From Kineococcus radiotolerans SRS30216 = ATCC BAA-149 (GTDB lineage Bacteria; Actinomycetota; Actinomycetes; Actinomycetales; Kineococcaceae): 32,000 nt of DNA. The first letter of the stretch is position 1. The number at the start of each line of letters is the position of its first letter. Shown here one piece after another: positions 1 through 8,059 of the stretch. The translations under genes and the position numbers were made by a program. Below the pieces are notes generated by a model, which ran no database searches, was not told where the DNA came from, and saw nothing but the letters and a program-made list of their open reading frames with translations. The stretch covers positions 3,360,001 through 3,392,000 of the forward strand of contig NC_009664.2 in assembly GCF_000017305.1 (NCBI RefSeq), in the 5' to 3' direction.

Positions 1-26
1 AGACGGTGGGCCTCATCGTCCCCTGA
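1..26 (+). CDS. 3' end of an unidentified upstream CDS (partial, ...TVGLIVP*)
   Basis: Frame 3 reads acg gtg ggc ctc atc gtc ccc tga. All 7 sense codons end in G/C. It is followed 25 nt later by a strong palindromic terminator. Too short to identify. Confidence 0.3.
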
Positions 27-50
27 GGACGCCCGCGCACCGCTGAGCGA

Positions 51-78
51 CCCCCCACCCCGCGCGCGGGGTGGGGGG
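51..78. terminator. Perfect 28-nt GC palindrome, probable bidirectional terminator
   Basis: CCCCCCACCCCGCG / CGCGGGGTGGGGGG are exact reverse complements (14+14 nt) followed by TT. The element sits between the + strand stop at 24-26 and the - strand LysR stop at 204-206. Confidence 0.6.
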
Positions 79-203
79 TTCTGCACGTCCGGGGGCGGCG
101 GTGGGCCGTCGAGCCGGCGGGGCCCGGGGAGCAGCGCGTGCCCGGGGTTCCGCGTGCGGCTCCGGGCGCCGGTGCCGGATCCTGGGAACGTTCCCGCGCC
201 CGG

Positions 204-1100
204 TCACCCCGCCGGGGCCGCCAGGTGCCGGCGCAGTTCGGCGAGGAAGGCCCGGGTCGCGGCGGAGGACGTCGCCCCGGCGTGCAGGACGCAGCTGCGC
301 CGGACCGGGCCGTCGGTGACGACGACGGTGCGGACCCCGTCCCCGGCCTCGCCGCCGCGCACCGCCGCGGCCGGGAGCAGGGCCACGCCCGCCCCGGAGC
401 GCACCAGGTCCAGCAGCAGCCGCAGGTCGTCGGTCTCCACCACGACGTCGCGGGCCAGGCGGGCCGCGGCGAACGCCTCGTCGGTCTGGCGCCGTCCCCC
501 GGTCCCGGCGGGGAAGTCGACGAAGGGGCAGGCGGCCACGTCCCGCAGCCGGACCCGGCGCCGCGCGCGCAGCGGGTGGTCGGGGCCGAGGACGGCGACG
601 TGGGGTTCGGTGGCCAGCACCTCGGCCTCGACCCCGCGCGGCGGGGCGTCCAGCGGGAACCCGGCCAGACCCGCGTCGAGGGTGCCCGCCGCGACCTGGG
701 CCAGGGTGATCTCGCTGCTGTGCACGGTGACCGAGGCGCGGATCCCCGGGTGGGCCCGGCGCAGCGCCAGCAGCACCTCGTGCAGGCGCAGGTCGGGCAG
801 GGTGGGGATGGTCCCGATCCGCAGGCGGCCCTCCACCGCCCCCGAGGCGGCCACGACGTCGGTGCGCAACCGGTCCAGCTCCGCCAGCACGCTGCGGGCC
901 CGGGGGAGCAGCGCCTCCCCGGCCGGGGTCAGCCGCACCCGGCGGCTGGTGCGCTCGAACAGCGGGGCCCCGAGCTCCTCCTCGAGGGCGGCGACCTGGT
1001 GGCTGAGGGCGGACTGGGCGATGCCCAGCGCGGCCGCGGCCCGGGTGAAGTGCAGGCCGTCCGCGACGGCGAGGACGCAGCGCAGCTGCAGCGGGGTCAC
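204..1100 (-). CDS. LysR-family transcriptional regulator
   Basis: 298-aa ORF with a GTG start. The N-terminus 'LRCVLAVADGLHFTRAAAALGIAQSALSHQVAALEEELGAPLFERTSRRVRLTPAGE' is the canonical LysR HTH signature. It is divergent from a transporter gene, the classic LysR arrangement. Confidence 0.93.
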   Translation of the reverse strand: MTPLQLRCVLAVADGLHFTRAAAALGIAQSALSHQVAALEEELGAPLFERTSRRVRLTPAGEALLPRARSVLAELDRLRTDVVAASGAVEGRLRIGTIPTLPDLRLHEVLLALRRAHPGIRASVTVHSSEITLAQVAAGTLDAGLAGFPLDAPPRGVEAEVLATEPHVAVLGPDHPLRARRRVRLRDVAACPFVDFPAGTGGRRQTDEAFAAARLARDVVVETDDLRLLLDLVRSGAGVALLPAAAVRGGEAGDGVRTVVVTDGPVRRSCVLHAGATSSAATRAFLAELRRHLAAPAG

Positions 1101-1117
1101 CCCCGCAGGCTAGCCGT

Positions 1118-1154
1118 CGATCGGGTTCCGCGATCGGTCCCGACCCGTCGATCG
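1118..1154. promoter_or_regulatory. Candidate LysR operator: three CGATCG hexamers including a T-N11-A box
   Basis: CGATCG occurs at 1118-1123, 1131-1136 and 1149-1154 in the 55-91 bp divergent spacer. ATCG-N7-CGAT (1120-1134) gives T(1121)-N11-A(1133), the generic LysR box form. Confidence 0.4.
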
Positions 1155-1191
1155 CTTGGACAGCGGTCGCGGGGACGACGACGATGGTCCG

Positions 1192-2397
1192 GTGCTGACC
1201 CGACCCCTCCTGCTCGTCATGGCCCTCGCCACCGGACTCACCGTGGGCGGGAACTACGTCAACCAGCCGCTGCTGCACACCATCGCCGGCGACCTCGGCG
1301 TCCCCGACGGCCGGGCGGCGGCCCTGGTGACGGTCGCGCAGGTCGCCTACGGGCTGGGGCTGCTGCTGGTCGTCCCCCTCGGGGACCTGCTCGAGCGCCG
1401 GCGGCTGCTCACCGTGCTGGCCCTGCTCGCGGCCGCGGGGCACGCCGTCTGCGCGCTCGCCCCGAACTACGCGGTGCTGGTCGTGGGCACCGCCGTCGCG
1501 GGGGTGTTCTCCGTGGCCGCCCAGGTCCTCGTCCCGTTCGCGGCGGAGCTGGCCGAGCCGGGCCGGGAGGGCCGGGCCGTCGGCACGGTGATGAGCGGCC
1601 TGCTCATCGGCGCCCTGCTGGCGCGCAGCGTCTCCGGGGCGCTGGCCGAGGTCGCCGGCTGGCACGCGCCCTACGCCGTCGTCGCCGCCGGCCTGGTGCT
1701 CATCGCCCTCGTGCTGCGGTGGCGGCTGCCGCGCAGCGTGCCCTGCTCCGTCGGCGGCTACCGCGCGACGCTGCGCTCAGGAGCCCGGCTGGTGGGGGAG
1801 CTGCCGCGGCTGCGCACCCGGGCCCTGCTCGGGGGGCTGGGGTTCGCGGGCGTCTCGGTGCTGTTCGCCACCACGACCTTCCTGCTCGCCGGGCCCCGGT
1901 TCGGGATGTCGGAGCTGCAGATCGGCCTCGTCGGGCTGGCCGGGGTGGCCGGGGCCGCGATGGCCTCCGCCGCGGGCCGGATGGCCGACGCCGGGCGGGG
2001 GCAGCTGGCGACCGGTCTGGGGGCGGTCGGGCTGGTCTTCACCTGGGGCCTGCTGGGGCTGTCCGCCTCGACCTGGCTGACCTCGGCGCTGCTCTTCGTC
2101 CTCGGGTTCGGGCTGGCCGACATGTTCCTGCAGGCCGTGCAGGTCTCGAACCAGAACGCGGTCTACGGGTTGCGGCCGGAGGCGCGCTCGCGGCTGAACT
2201 CCGTCTACATGACGACCTACTTCGCCGGGGGTGCCCTGGGCTCCGCCGTCGGCTCCGCCGCCTGGAGCGCCGGGGGCTGGCCCGCGGTGACGGCGGTGGG
2301 GGCCGGGTTCGGGGTGCTGACGATCCTCGTCTGGCTCGTGGACCTGCGCCTGGACCGGGCGGCGCGGCTCAGCCCCGCCGGCGCCGGTAGCCGATGA
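1192..2397 (+). CDS. MFS transporter (12-TM type)
   Basis: The hydrophobic protein starts 'VLTRPLLLVMALATGLTVGGNYVNQPLLHTIAGDLGV...PLGDLLERRRLL', which contains the MFS loop 2-3 motif. The ORF opens at TTG 1156. GTG 1192 is preferred as the start, but the start is uncertain. Stop TGA is at 2395-2397. Confidence 0.88.
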   Translation: MLTRPLLLVMALATGLTVGGNYVNQPLLHTIAGDLGVPDGRAAALVTVAQVAYGLGLLLVVPLGDLLERRRLLTVLALLAAAGHAVCALAPNYAVLVVGTAVAGVFSVAAQVLVPFAAELAEPGREGRAVGTVMSGLLIGALLARSVSGALAEVAGWHAPYAVVAAGLVLIALVLRWRLPRSVPCSVGGYRATLRSGARLVGELPRLRTRALLGGLGFAGVSVLFATTTFLLAGPRFGMSELQIGLVGLAGVAGAAMASAAGRMADAGRGQLATGLGAVGLVFTWGLLGLSASTWLTSALLFVLGFGLADMFLQAVQVSNQNAVYGLRPEARSRLNSVYMTTYFAGGALGSAVGSAAWSAGGWPAVTAVGAGFGVLTILVWLVDLRLDRAARLSPAGAGSR

Positions 2398-3022
2398 TCC
2401 CCCCGGCGCCGCCGACCACCACCACGACGGCGGCGGCCACGGCGACGAGCGCGCCCCCGCCCCCGGAGGACGTGGGGTCGACGGGATCGGCGGCGGAGGC
2501 GGTGGACGTGCTCGCGGACGGGGCGGGTCCCCCCGCGGTCGTGGTGGGGCTCGCGGTGGGGCCCTCGGCCGCGGCGGACGCCGCGGTGAACGTGAAGGAC
2601 CCCGAGACCGGGTGCCCGTCGGAGGACGTCACCCGCCACTGGACCTCGTAGGTCCCCGCCGGCCGCTCGCCGGTGACGGCCTGGGTCACGGTGTCGTCCA
2701 CGACCCGCGCCTCGCCGGTGGAGACGACACCGGCGGGGCCGGTGACCTGCACCCGGGTCCCGAGGGCCAGCGGTGGGGACGACATCGTCAGGACGACCGC
2801 GTCGGGGGCGACGGCGACGCCGGCCCCGTCGGCGGGGTCGGTGGACTCGAGGCGGTCGTGGGCCGCGGCCGGACCCGCACCCACCACCGGCAGCACCGCC
2901 GGGGCCAACAGTCCGCCGAGCAGGAGCGCGGCCGCCCGGCGCCGCGCGGGCGGGCGGGCCGCCGGCCGGACGAGCGGGCGGCGGGCGGGACGGGCGGCGG
3001 GGCGGTCGGTGGGCGTCGGCAC
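2369..3022 (-). CDS. CopC-domain (copper-binding) protein with signal peptide and C-terminal membrane anchor
   Basis: After the signal, 'AAAHDRLESTDPADGA...YEVQWRVTSSDGHPVSGSFTFT' matches the CopC/YobA fold signature (H-x-L-x-S-x-P ... W-R-V-x-S-x-DGH). The C-terminus is an Ala/Pro/Thr/Ser linker, then 'ALVAVAAAVVVVVGGAGGIIGYRRRRG', a TM helix plus basic stop-transfer. GTG start. Confidence 0.85.
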   Translation of the reverse strand: MPTPTDRPAARPARRPLVRPAARPPARRRAAALLLGGLLAPAVLPVVGAGPAAAHDRLESTDPADGAGVAVAPDAVVLTMSSPPLALGTRVQVTGPAGVVSTGEARVVDDTVTQAVTGERPAGTYEVQWRVTSSDGHPVSGSFTFTAASAAAEGPTASPTTTAGGPAPSASTSTASAADPVDPTSSGGGGALVAVAAAVVVVVGGAGGIIGYRRRRG

Positions 3023-3152
3023 GCGTCCAGCCTACGGAGTCTCCTACGCGGTGTCGTCGACGCGCCCGCCCCGCCGCGCGCACCCGCCACCGGGCCCGCC
3101 GCCGGGCCCACCGCCGGGGTGCCGCGCCGCCGCGGGGTGGCACAGTGGGGGC

Positions 3153-3401
3153 GTGGAGCAGCAGCGGACCCAGCCGACCAACACCGGGGCCATCGCCGGG
3201 ATCGTGGCCTCCGGCGCGGGGCTGGTCGTCTCCCTGGCCCTCGCCCCGCTGTCCCTGGTCATGGGCCTGGTAGTCCTCGTCCTCGGCGTGCGGGCCCTGC
3301 GCTCGGGCCACCCGGACCGCGGCTGGTGGACGCTGGCCCTGCTGCTGGCGGTCCTCTGCACGGCCTCCGGGGTCCTCGGGACGCTCGTCGTCCTCTCGTG
3401 A
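3153..3401 (+). CDS. Small (82 aa) two-TM membrane protein, unknown function
   Basis: An in-frame GTG at 3153 gives 'VEQQRTQPTNTGAIAGIVASGAGLVVSLALAPLSLVMGLVVLVLGVRALRSGHPDRGWWTLALLLAVLCTASGVLGTLVVLS'. This has two clear hydrophobic helices. Its stop overlaps the next start (GTGA at 3398-3401). The upstream part of the 242-aa track ORF is Arg/Pro-rich shadow. Confidence 0.6.
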   Translation: MEQQRTQPTNTGAIAGIVASGAGLVVSLALAPLSLVMGLVVLVLGVRALRSGHPDRGWWTLALLLAVLCTASGVLGTLVVLS

Positions 3402-3907
3402 GCGCGCTCATCGTCGCTGCCGCCTTCGGCGCGGCGGCGCAGGCCTCCCTGGACCGCCTGCGCGAGCAGTGGTTCCCCCCCGAGCGCAACCAGCTCGCCG
3501 CGCACCTCACCCTCTTCCACGCCCTGCCCGCGGACGCCCTCGAGGAGGTGACCGCCGCGCTGACCCGGGTGTGCGAGCAGCCGGCCCCCGCGGCGGAGGT
3601 CACCGGCGTGCGCTCGCTGGGGCGCGGCGCCGCTCTCGTGGTCGCCTCACCGGGGCTGGAGCGGGTGCGCGGGCAGCTCGCGGCGGGGTTCGCCGGGCGC
3701 CTGACCCGCCAGGACGCCCACGGCTTCCGCCCCCACGTCACCGTGCAGAACTTCGTCGCGCCCGAGGTGGCCCGGGCCACGGTGGCCCGGCTGTCGGAGG
3801 GGTTCGTCCCCTGGCCGCTGGAGCTGACGGGCCTGACCGTGCACCGCTACCTGGGGGGCCCGTGGGAACCGCTGGCCCACGTCGGTTTCGCGGCTCGCGC
3901 CGACTGA
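3398..3907 (+). CDS. 2H phosphoesterase superfamily protein (2'-5' RNA ligase/LigT-like)
   Basis: 169 aa from GTG 3398. It has two H-x-T-x motifs, 'HLTLF' and 'HVTVQ', at the spacing typical of 2H cyclic phosphodiesterase/LigT folds. The start forms a GTGA overlap with the upstream small membrane gene. Confidence 0.75.
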   Translation: MSALIVAAAFGAAAQASLDRLREQWFPPERNQLAAHLTLFHALPADALEEVTAALTRVCEQPAPAAEVTGVRSLGRGAALVVASPGLERVRGQLAAGFAGRLTRQDAHGFRPHVTVQNFVAPEVARATVARLSEGFVPWPLELTGLTVHRYLGGPWEPLAHVGFAARAD

Positions 3908-3920
3908 CACCGGCTCCCCG

Positions 3921-3943
3921 GTTGTCACGATAAAACAACGATG
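3921..3943 (+). promoter_or_regulatory. AT-rich island upstream of the sugar-binding protein gene (possible operator/promoter)
   Basis: 'gttgtcacgataaaacaacgatg' is a sharp low-GC patch in a GC-rich spacer, 140 bp upstream of the ATG at 4085. It contains GTTGT...ACAAC arms and two ACGAT repeats. No clean palindrome. Confidence 0.3.
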
Positions 3944-4084
3944 CCGCCCGGCGGGCGGAGTTCCCCGCGCCGGTGCGGCGCCGGGACGTACGGTGCTCCA
4001 GCACCCGGCGGGAGGACCCCCGGGCGCGCGCTCGCTTCTGAACGCCCGCACGCCGCACGGTCGCGGCTCGGCAACGGAGACACC

Positions 4085-5410
4085 ATGGACCAGCGCACCA
4101 CCCGTCGTTCCTTCACCGCCCTGCTCCTCGCCACACCGCTGGCGGCGCTGACCGTCAGCTCCTGCGGCGGCTCCTCGGGACCCGGCGCGGCGGCCGGGAA
4201 CGGCCCGAGCATGTGGATCCTCACCGGGCAACCGGCCGAGGGGATCCGCACCGACGCCGTGAACGCCTTCAACGAGGCGAACCCGGACCAGGAGATCGCC
4301 CTCTCCTCGTTCCAGAACGACGCCTACAAGGCGAAGATCCGCACGGCCATCGGTGCCGACCAGGCGCCGACGATCATCCCGACCTGGGGCGGGGGCGGAC
4401 TGCGCGACTACGTCCGCAACGGCCAGGTCGAGGACCTCACCGGGTTCTTCGCGGAGAACGCCGAGCTGCAGGAGAAGCTGTTCGCCAGCGCCTTCGCCGC
4501 CGCCACCGTGGACGGGAAGGTCTACGCCGTCCCGTGCGAGGTCGTCTCCCCGATCGTCCTGTTCCACAACAAGCGGGTCTTCGAGCAGGTCGGGGCGCAG
4601 CCGCCGACCACCTGGGACGAGCTGATGGCGCTGGTGCCGGTGTTCAACGCCGCCGGCATCGCCCCGTTCTCCCTGGGCGGGCAGTCGCGCTGGACGAACA
4701 TGATGTGGCTGGAGTACCTCTACGACCGCATCGGCGGGGCGGAGCTCTTCACCTCCATCTACGACGGTGAACCGGGCGCCTGGTCGAAGCCCGCGTCGAT
4801 CGACGCGCTGACCAAGCTCCAGGACCTGGTGCGCGCCGACGGGTTCATCAAGGGCTTCGCCTCGATCACCGCCGACTCCAACGCCGACCAGGCCCTGCTC
4901 TTCAGCGACAAGGCCGCGATGATGCTGCACGGTTCCTGGGTCTACGGGTCGATGAAGACCGACGGCGGCGACTTCGTGACCGGCGGGCACCTGGGGTTCA
5001 CCACCTTCCCCGTGGTGACGGGGGGCGCGGGCGACCCCACGGCGACCGTCGGCAACCCCGCGGGGTACTACGCGATGTCCGCGAAGGCCGACGAGGAGGC
5101 CAAGACGGCGGCGAAGCGGTTCTTCGCCGAGGGGCTCGTGACCGAGGCCACCACCGCGGCGTGGGTCGAGTCCGGGTCGGTGCCGATCGTCGTGGGTTCC
5201 GACCGCGGGTTCGCCGGGTCCGAGGACGAGGAGTGGCTGCAGTTCGTCTACGACCTGGCCTCCGGGGCGTCCACGTTCCAGCAGTCCTGGGACCAGGCGC
5301 TCTCGCCCACCGCGGCCGAGGCGCTGCTGGAGAACATCGAGAAGCTGTTCGGCCTGACCCAGACGCCGCAGCAGTTCGCGGAGGCGATGGAGGCCGCCGG
5401 CGCCGCCTGA
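4085..5410 (+). CDS. ABC transporter extracellular sugar-binding lipoprotein (SBP_bac_1 family)
   Basis: The ATG at 4085 gives 'MDQRTTRRSFTALLLATPLAALTVSSCGG', with a Tat-like RR motif and a lipobox Cys. The body resembles carbohydrate cluster-1 binding proteins ('VYAVPCEVVSPIVLFHNKRVFEQVG...TWDEL'). The upstream part of the track ORF (from 3941) is non-coding. Confidence 0.9.
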   Translation: MDQRTTRRSFTALLLATPLAALTVSSCGGSSGPGAAAGNGPSMWILTGQPAEGIRTDAVNAFNEANPDQEIALSSFQNDAYKAKIRTAIGADQAPTIIPTWGGGGLRDYVRNGQVEDLTGFFAENAELQEKLFASAFAAATVDGKVYAVPCEVVSPIVLFHNKRVFEQVGAQPPTTWDELMALVPVFNAAGIAPFSLGGQSRWTNMMWLEYLYDRIGGAELFTSIYDGEPGAWSKPASIDALTKLQDLVRADGFIKGFASITADSNADQALLFSDKAAMMLHGSWVYGSMKTDGGDFVTGGHLGFTTFPVVTGGAGDPTATVGNPAGYYAMSAKADEEAKTAAKRFFAEGLVTEATTAAWVESGSVPIVVGSDRGFAGSEDEEWLQFVYDLASGASTFQQSWDQALSPTAAEALLENIEKLFGLTQTPQQFAEAMEAAGAA

Positions 5411-5439
5411 CCCGTCCCGGCGTGTGCCAGCATGGCGCC

Positions 5440-6504
5440 GTGACCGGGGACGAGCGGGTGCGCGGCGCGGGCCGGGGGCCGGCGGGTGCGGCGGGTCCGG
5501 CCACCTACAAGGACATCCAGCGGCTCACCGGCCTCTCGCTGGCCACCATCTCCAAGCACTTCAACGGCGGCACCGTGCGGGAGCCCAACCGCCTCGCCAT
5601 CGACGCGGCCGCCCGGGACCTGGGTTTCCGGGTGAACGCCGTCGCCCGCAGCCTGCGCACCCGGCGCTCGCGGACGGTCGGCGTCCTGGTCCCGGAGCTC
5701 GACAACGACTTCCACCTCTCGGTGGTGGCCGGGGTGGAGCGGGCGTTCTCCGCGCACGGGGTCAGCGTCCTGGTGCGCTCCGGGCACCGGGTCGGCGGTT
5801 CCGGCGGCGGGGCCGCGGAACTGCTCGACCACCAGGTGGACGGGATCGTCGCCGTCCCCCCGGCGGGGGAGGTGGACGCCCTGCGGCGCGCGGCGTCCCG
5901 GGGCGTGCCGCTCGTCCTCGTGGACCGGCTCGTGAGCGACCTCGCGAGCGACACCGTGGTGCTGGACAACGCCGGGGCCTCGCAGCGGGTGCTCGACGAC
6001 CTCGTCGCGCACGGGCACCGCGACCTCGCCGTCCTGGCCGGCCCCGAGGACCTGTGGAGCCTGCGCGAGCGGCGGGAGGGTTTCCGCGCCGCCGCCCGCG
6101 CCGCGGGGGTCCCGCTGGGCCGCGGCGCGGTGGTGACCTGCCCCCTGACGGTGGAGGGCGGGCGGGCCGGGATGCGGCGGTTGCTGGCCCGCCGCCACCG
6201 GCCCACGGCCGTCTACGCGACCAACCACGAACTCACCCTGGGGGCGCTGACGGCGCTGGCCGACGCGGACGTCGACGTGCCGGGGGAGGTGTCGTTCGTG
6301 GGGTTCGACGCCGCCCGGGTGGCGGCCCTCACCCGGCCCCGCACCGCCGTCCTCGTGCAACCCGTCCGGGAGATCGCCGCGGCCGCGGTGGACCTCATGC
6401 GCGACCGGCTGGACCCGGACGGGGACCGGGAGGCGCCCGCCCGCCGGCTGGTCCTGACCGGGGACTACGTGCGCGGCGGTTCGGTCGGCCCGCCCGCCCG
6501 CTGA
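5440..6504 (+). CDS. LacI-family transcriptional regulator
   Basis: HTH 'TYKDIQRLTGLSLATISKHFNGGTVREPNRLAIDAAARDLGFRVNAVARSLRTRRSRTVGVLVPEL', followed by a periplasmic-binding-protein-like core. The start is taken as GTG 5440; GTG 5458 is also possible. Confidence 0.9.
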   Translation: MTGDERVRGAGRGPAGAAGPATYKDIQRLTGLSLATISKHFNGGTVREPNRLAIDAAARDLGFRVNAVARSLRTRRSRTVGVLVPELDNDFHLSVVAGVERAFSAHGVSVLVRSGHRVGGSGGGAAELLDHQVDGIVAVPPAGEVDALRRAASRGVPLVLVDRLVSDLASDTVVLDNAGASQRVLDDLVAHGHRDLAVLAGPEDLWSLRERREGFRAAARAAGVPLGRGAVVTCPLTVEGGRAGMRRLLARRHRPTAVYATNHELTLGALTALADADVDVPGEVSFVGFDAARVAALTRPRTAVLVQPVREIAAAAVDLMRDRLDPDGDREAPARRLVLTGDYVRGGSVGPPAR

Positions 6505-6520
6505 CGGCGGCTCCGGCCCC

Positions 6521-6549
6521 TTGTCGGCGCGAATCGTTTCGTCTAGCGT
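6521..6549 (+). promoter_or_regulatory. Predicted promoter with LacI-type operator in the spacer
   Basis: -35 TTGTCG (6521-6526), a 17-bp spacer, then -10 TAGCGT (6544-6549, TAnnnT form). The spacer contains CGAATCGTTTCG (6530-6541), a 10/12 palindrome with a central CG as in LacI-family operators. An SD (GGGAG) precedes the ATG at 6580. Confidence 0.45.
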
Positions 6550-6579
6550 CGGGGCACCCGGAGACGATCGAGGGAGACC

Positions 6580-7611
6580 ATGTCCGACGAGCACGCCCCC
6601 GTCGACCCGGCGCTGGTGCCGCGGCGGGAACTGCGCGGGGGAGCGACGGTGCCGGCCATCGGGATCGGGACCTTCGGGTCCGACCGCTACAGCCCCGCCG
6701 AGGTCGCCGCCGCCGTGGCCGGGGCGGTCGCGGCCGGGTACCGCCTCGTGGACTGCGCCGCCGTCTACGGCAACGAGGCGCAGGTCGGCGAGGCGCTGGC
6801 CGGGGCGGTCGCCGGCGGCGTCGACCGCGACGAGCTGTTCGTCGTGTCCAAGGTGTGGAACGACGCGCACGCCCCGGCCGACGCGGTCGCCTCGGTGCAC
6901 CGCTCCCTGCGCGACCTGCGCCTGGACCACCTCGACGCCGTGTTCGTGCACTGGCCGTTCCCCAACCACCACCCGCCGATGGCCGACACCGACGCCCGCG
7001 ACCCGCGCGCCCGGCCCTACGACCACGACGCGTACCTCGCGCTGTGGGGGGCGCTGGAGGGTCTCGTCGATTCCGGGCTCGTGCGCCACCTGGGCACCTC
7101 GAACACCACCGTCGCCAAGCTCGACCTGCTGCTGCGCGACGCCCGCATCCCCCCGGCGCTCAACGAGATGGAACTGCACCCCTGCTTCCAGCAGCCGGAG
7201 CTGTTCGCGCACTGCGTGCGCCACGGGATCCAGCCCGTCGGCTACTCCCCGCTCGGTTCCCCCTCGCGCCCCGAGCGCGACCGCACCCCCGGCGACGTCG
7301 TGGACACCGAGGACCCCGTCGTGGTGCGGATCGCCCGCGAGCACGGCGTCCACCCCGCGCTGGTCTGCCTCAAGTGGGCCGTGGCCCGCGGGCAGGTACC
7401 CATCCCGTTCTCGGTGAAACCCGCCCAGTACACCGCCAACCTGCGCGCCGTCGTCGAGGACCCGCTCACCGCGCAGGAGGTCGCCGACCTCGCCGCCGCC
7501 GATCGGGGGGAGCGCCTCATCAAGGGGCAGGTGTTCCTCTGGCCGGGAGCGGAGTCCTGGCGCGACCTGTGGGACGAGGACGGGACGATCGTCGGCTGGA
7601 CCGAGCGGTGA
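6580..7611 (+). CDS. Aldo/keto reductase family oxidoreductase
   Basis: 343 aa. AKR signatures: 'GTFGS', 'GYRLVDCAAVYGNE' (catalytic D and Y), 'LFVVSKVWN' (K), 'VFVHWPF' (H), 'LGTSN'. Confidence 0.92.
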   Translation: MSDEHAPVDPALVPRRELRGGATVPAIGIGTFGSDRYSPAEVAAAVAGAVAAGYRLVDCAAVYGNEAQVGEALAGAVAGGVDRDELFVVSKVWNDAHAPADAVASVHRSLRDLRLDHLDAVFVHWPFPNHHPPMADTDARDPRARPYDHDAYLALWGALEGLVDSGLVRHLGTSNTTVAKLDLLLRDARIPPALNEMELHPCFQQPELFAHCVRHGIQPVGYSPLGSPSRPERDRTPGDVVDTEDPVVVRIAREHGVHPALVCLKWAVARGQVPIPFSVKPAQYTANLRAVVEDPLTAQEVADLAAADRGERLIKGQVFLWPGAESWRDLWDEDGTIVGWTER

Positions 7612-7624
7612 GCGGGGGACGACG

Positions 7625-8059
7625 GTGCTGACCTACGACCTGCTGCACCCGCAGCTGCTGGCCGGGCTGGCCGCGGCCGGGCACGGGGACCGCGTGGTCC
7701 TCGCCGACGGGAACTTCCCGCTGCGCGCGGGGACGAACCCCTCCGTACCGGTCGTCCACCTCAACCTGCGCCCCGGCCTGGTCACGGTGCTCGACGTGCT
7801 GGAACCCCTGCTGGGGGCGGTGCCCGTCGAGGCCGCCACCGTCATGGCCTCCCCGGACGGGGCTCCCGTGCCCGCCCACGACGACTACGCCCGGCTGCTG
7901 GGGGAGCGGGCCGCGCTGAGCGCCGTCGACCGCTGGGCCTTCTACGCGCAGTCGCGCGCCGACGACGTCGCCCTCGTCGTCGCCACCGCCGACCAGCGGC
8001 TGTGCGCCAACCTGATCCTGACCGTCGGGGTGCGCACCGCCCCGGCGGGGACCCCGTGA
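7625..8059 (+). CDS. fucU: RbsD/FucU family sugar mutarotase (L-fucose mutarotase-like)
   Basis: 144 aa, GTG start. 'LLHPQLLAGLAAAGHGDRVVLADGNFP' is the RbsD/FucU signature (HP-x-L...GHGD...aD-x-nfP). Adjacent to a GH29 fucosidase. Confidence 0.85.
   Translation: MLTYDLLHPQLLAGLAAAGHGDRVVLADGNFPLRAGTNPSVPVVHLNLRPGLVTVLDVLEPLLGAVPVEAATVMASPDGAPVPAHDDYARLLGERAALSAVDRWAFYAQSRADDVALVVATADQRLCANLILTVGVRTAPAGTP

Noticed and set aside
13-2390. Long ORFs 13..1665 (-, 550 aa) and 138..2390 (+, 750 aa) spanning the LysR and MFS genes
   Set aside because: Their translations are Arg/Pro/Gly/Ala low-complexity strings with no family motifs. They are alternative-frame or antisense shadows, as expected at this GC content. 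The LysR and MFS frames carry clear signatures instead.
5248-7631. ORFs 5248..7353 (-, 701 aa) and 5424..7631 (+, 735 aa)
   Set aside because: These are shadow frames over the LacI and AKR genes, with no motifs and extreme Arg/Gly/Pro content.
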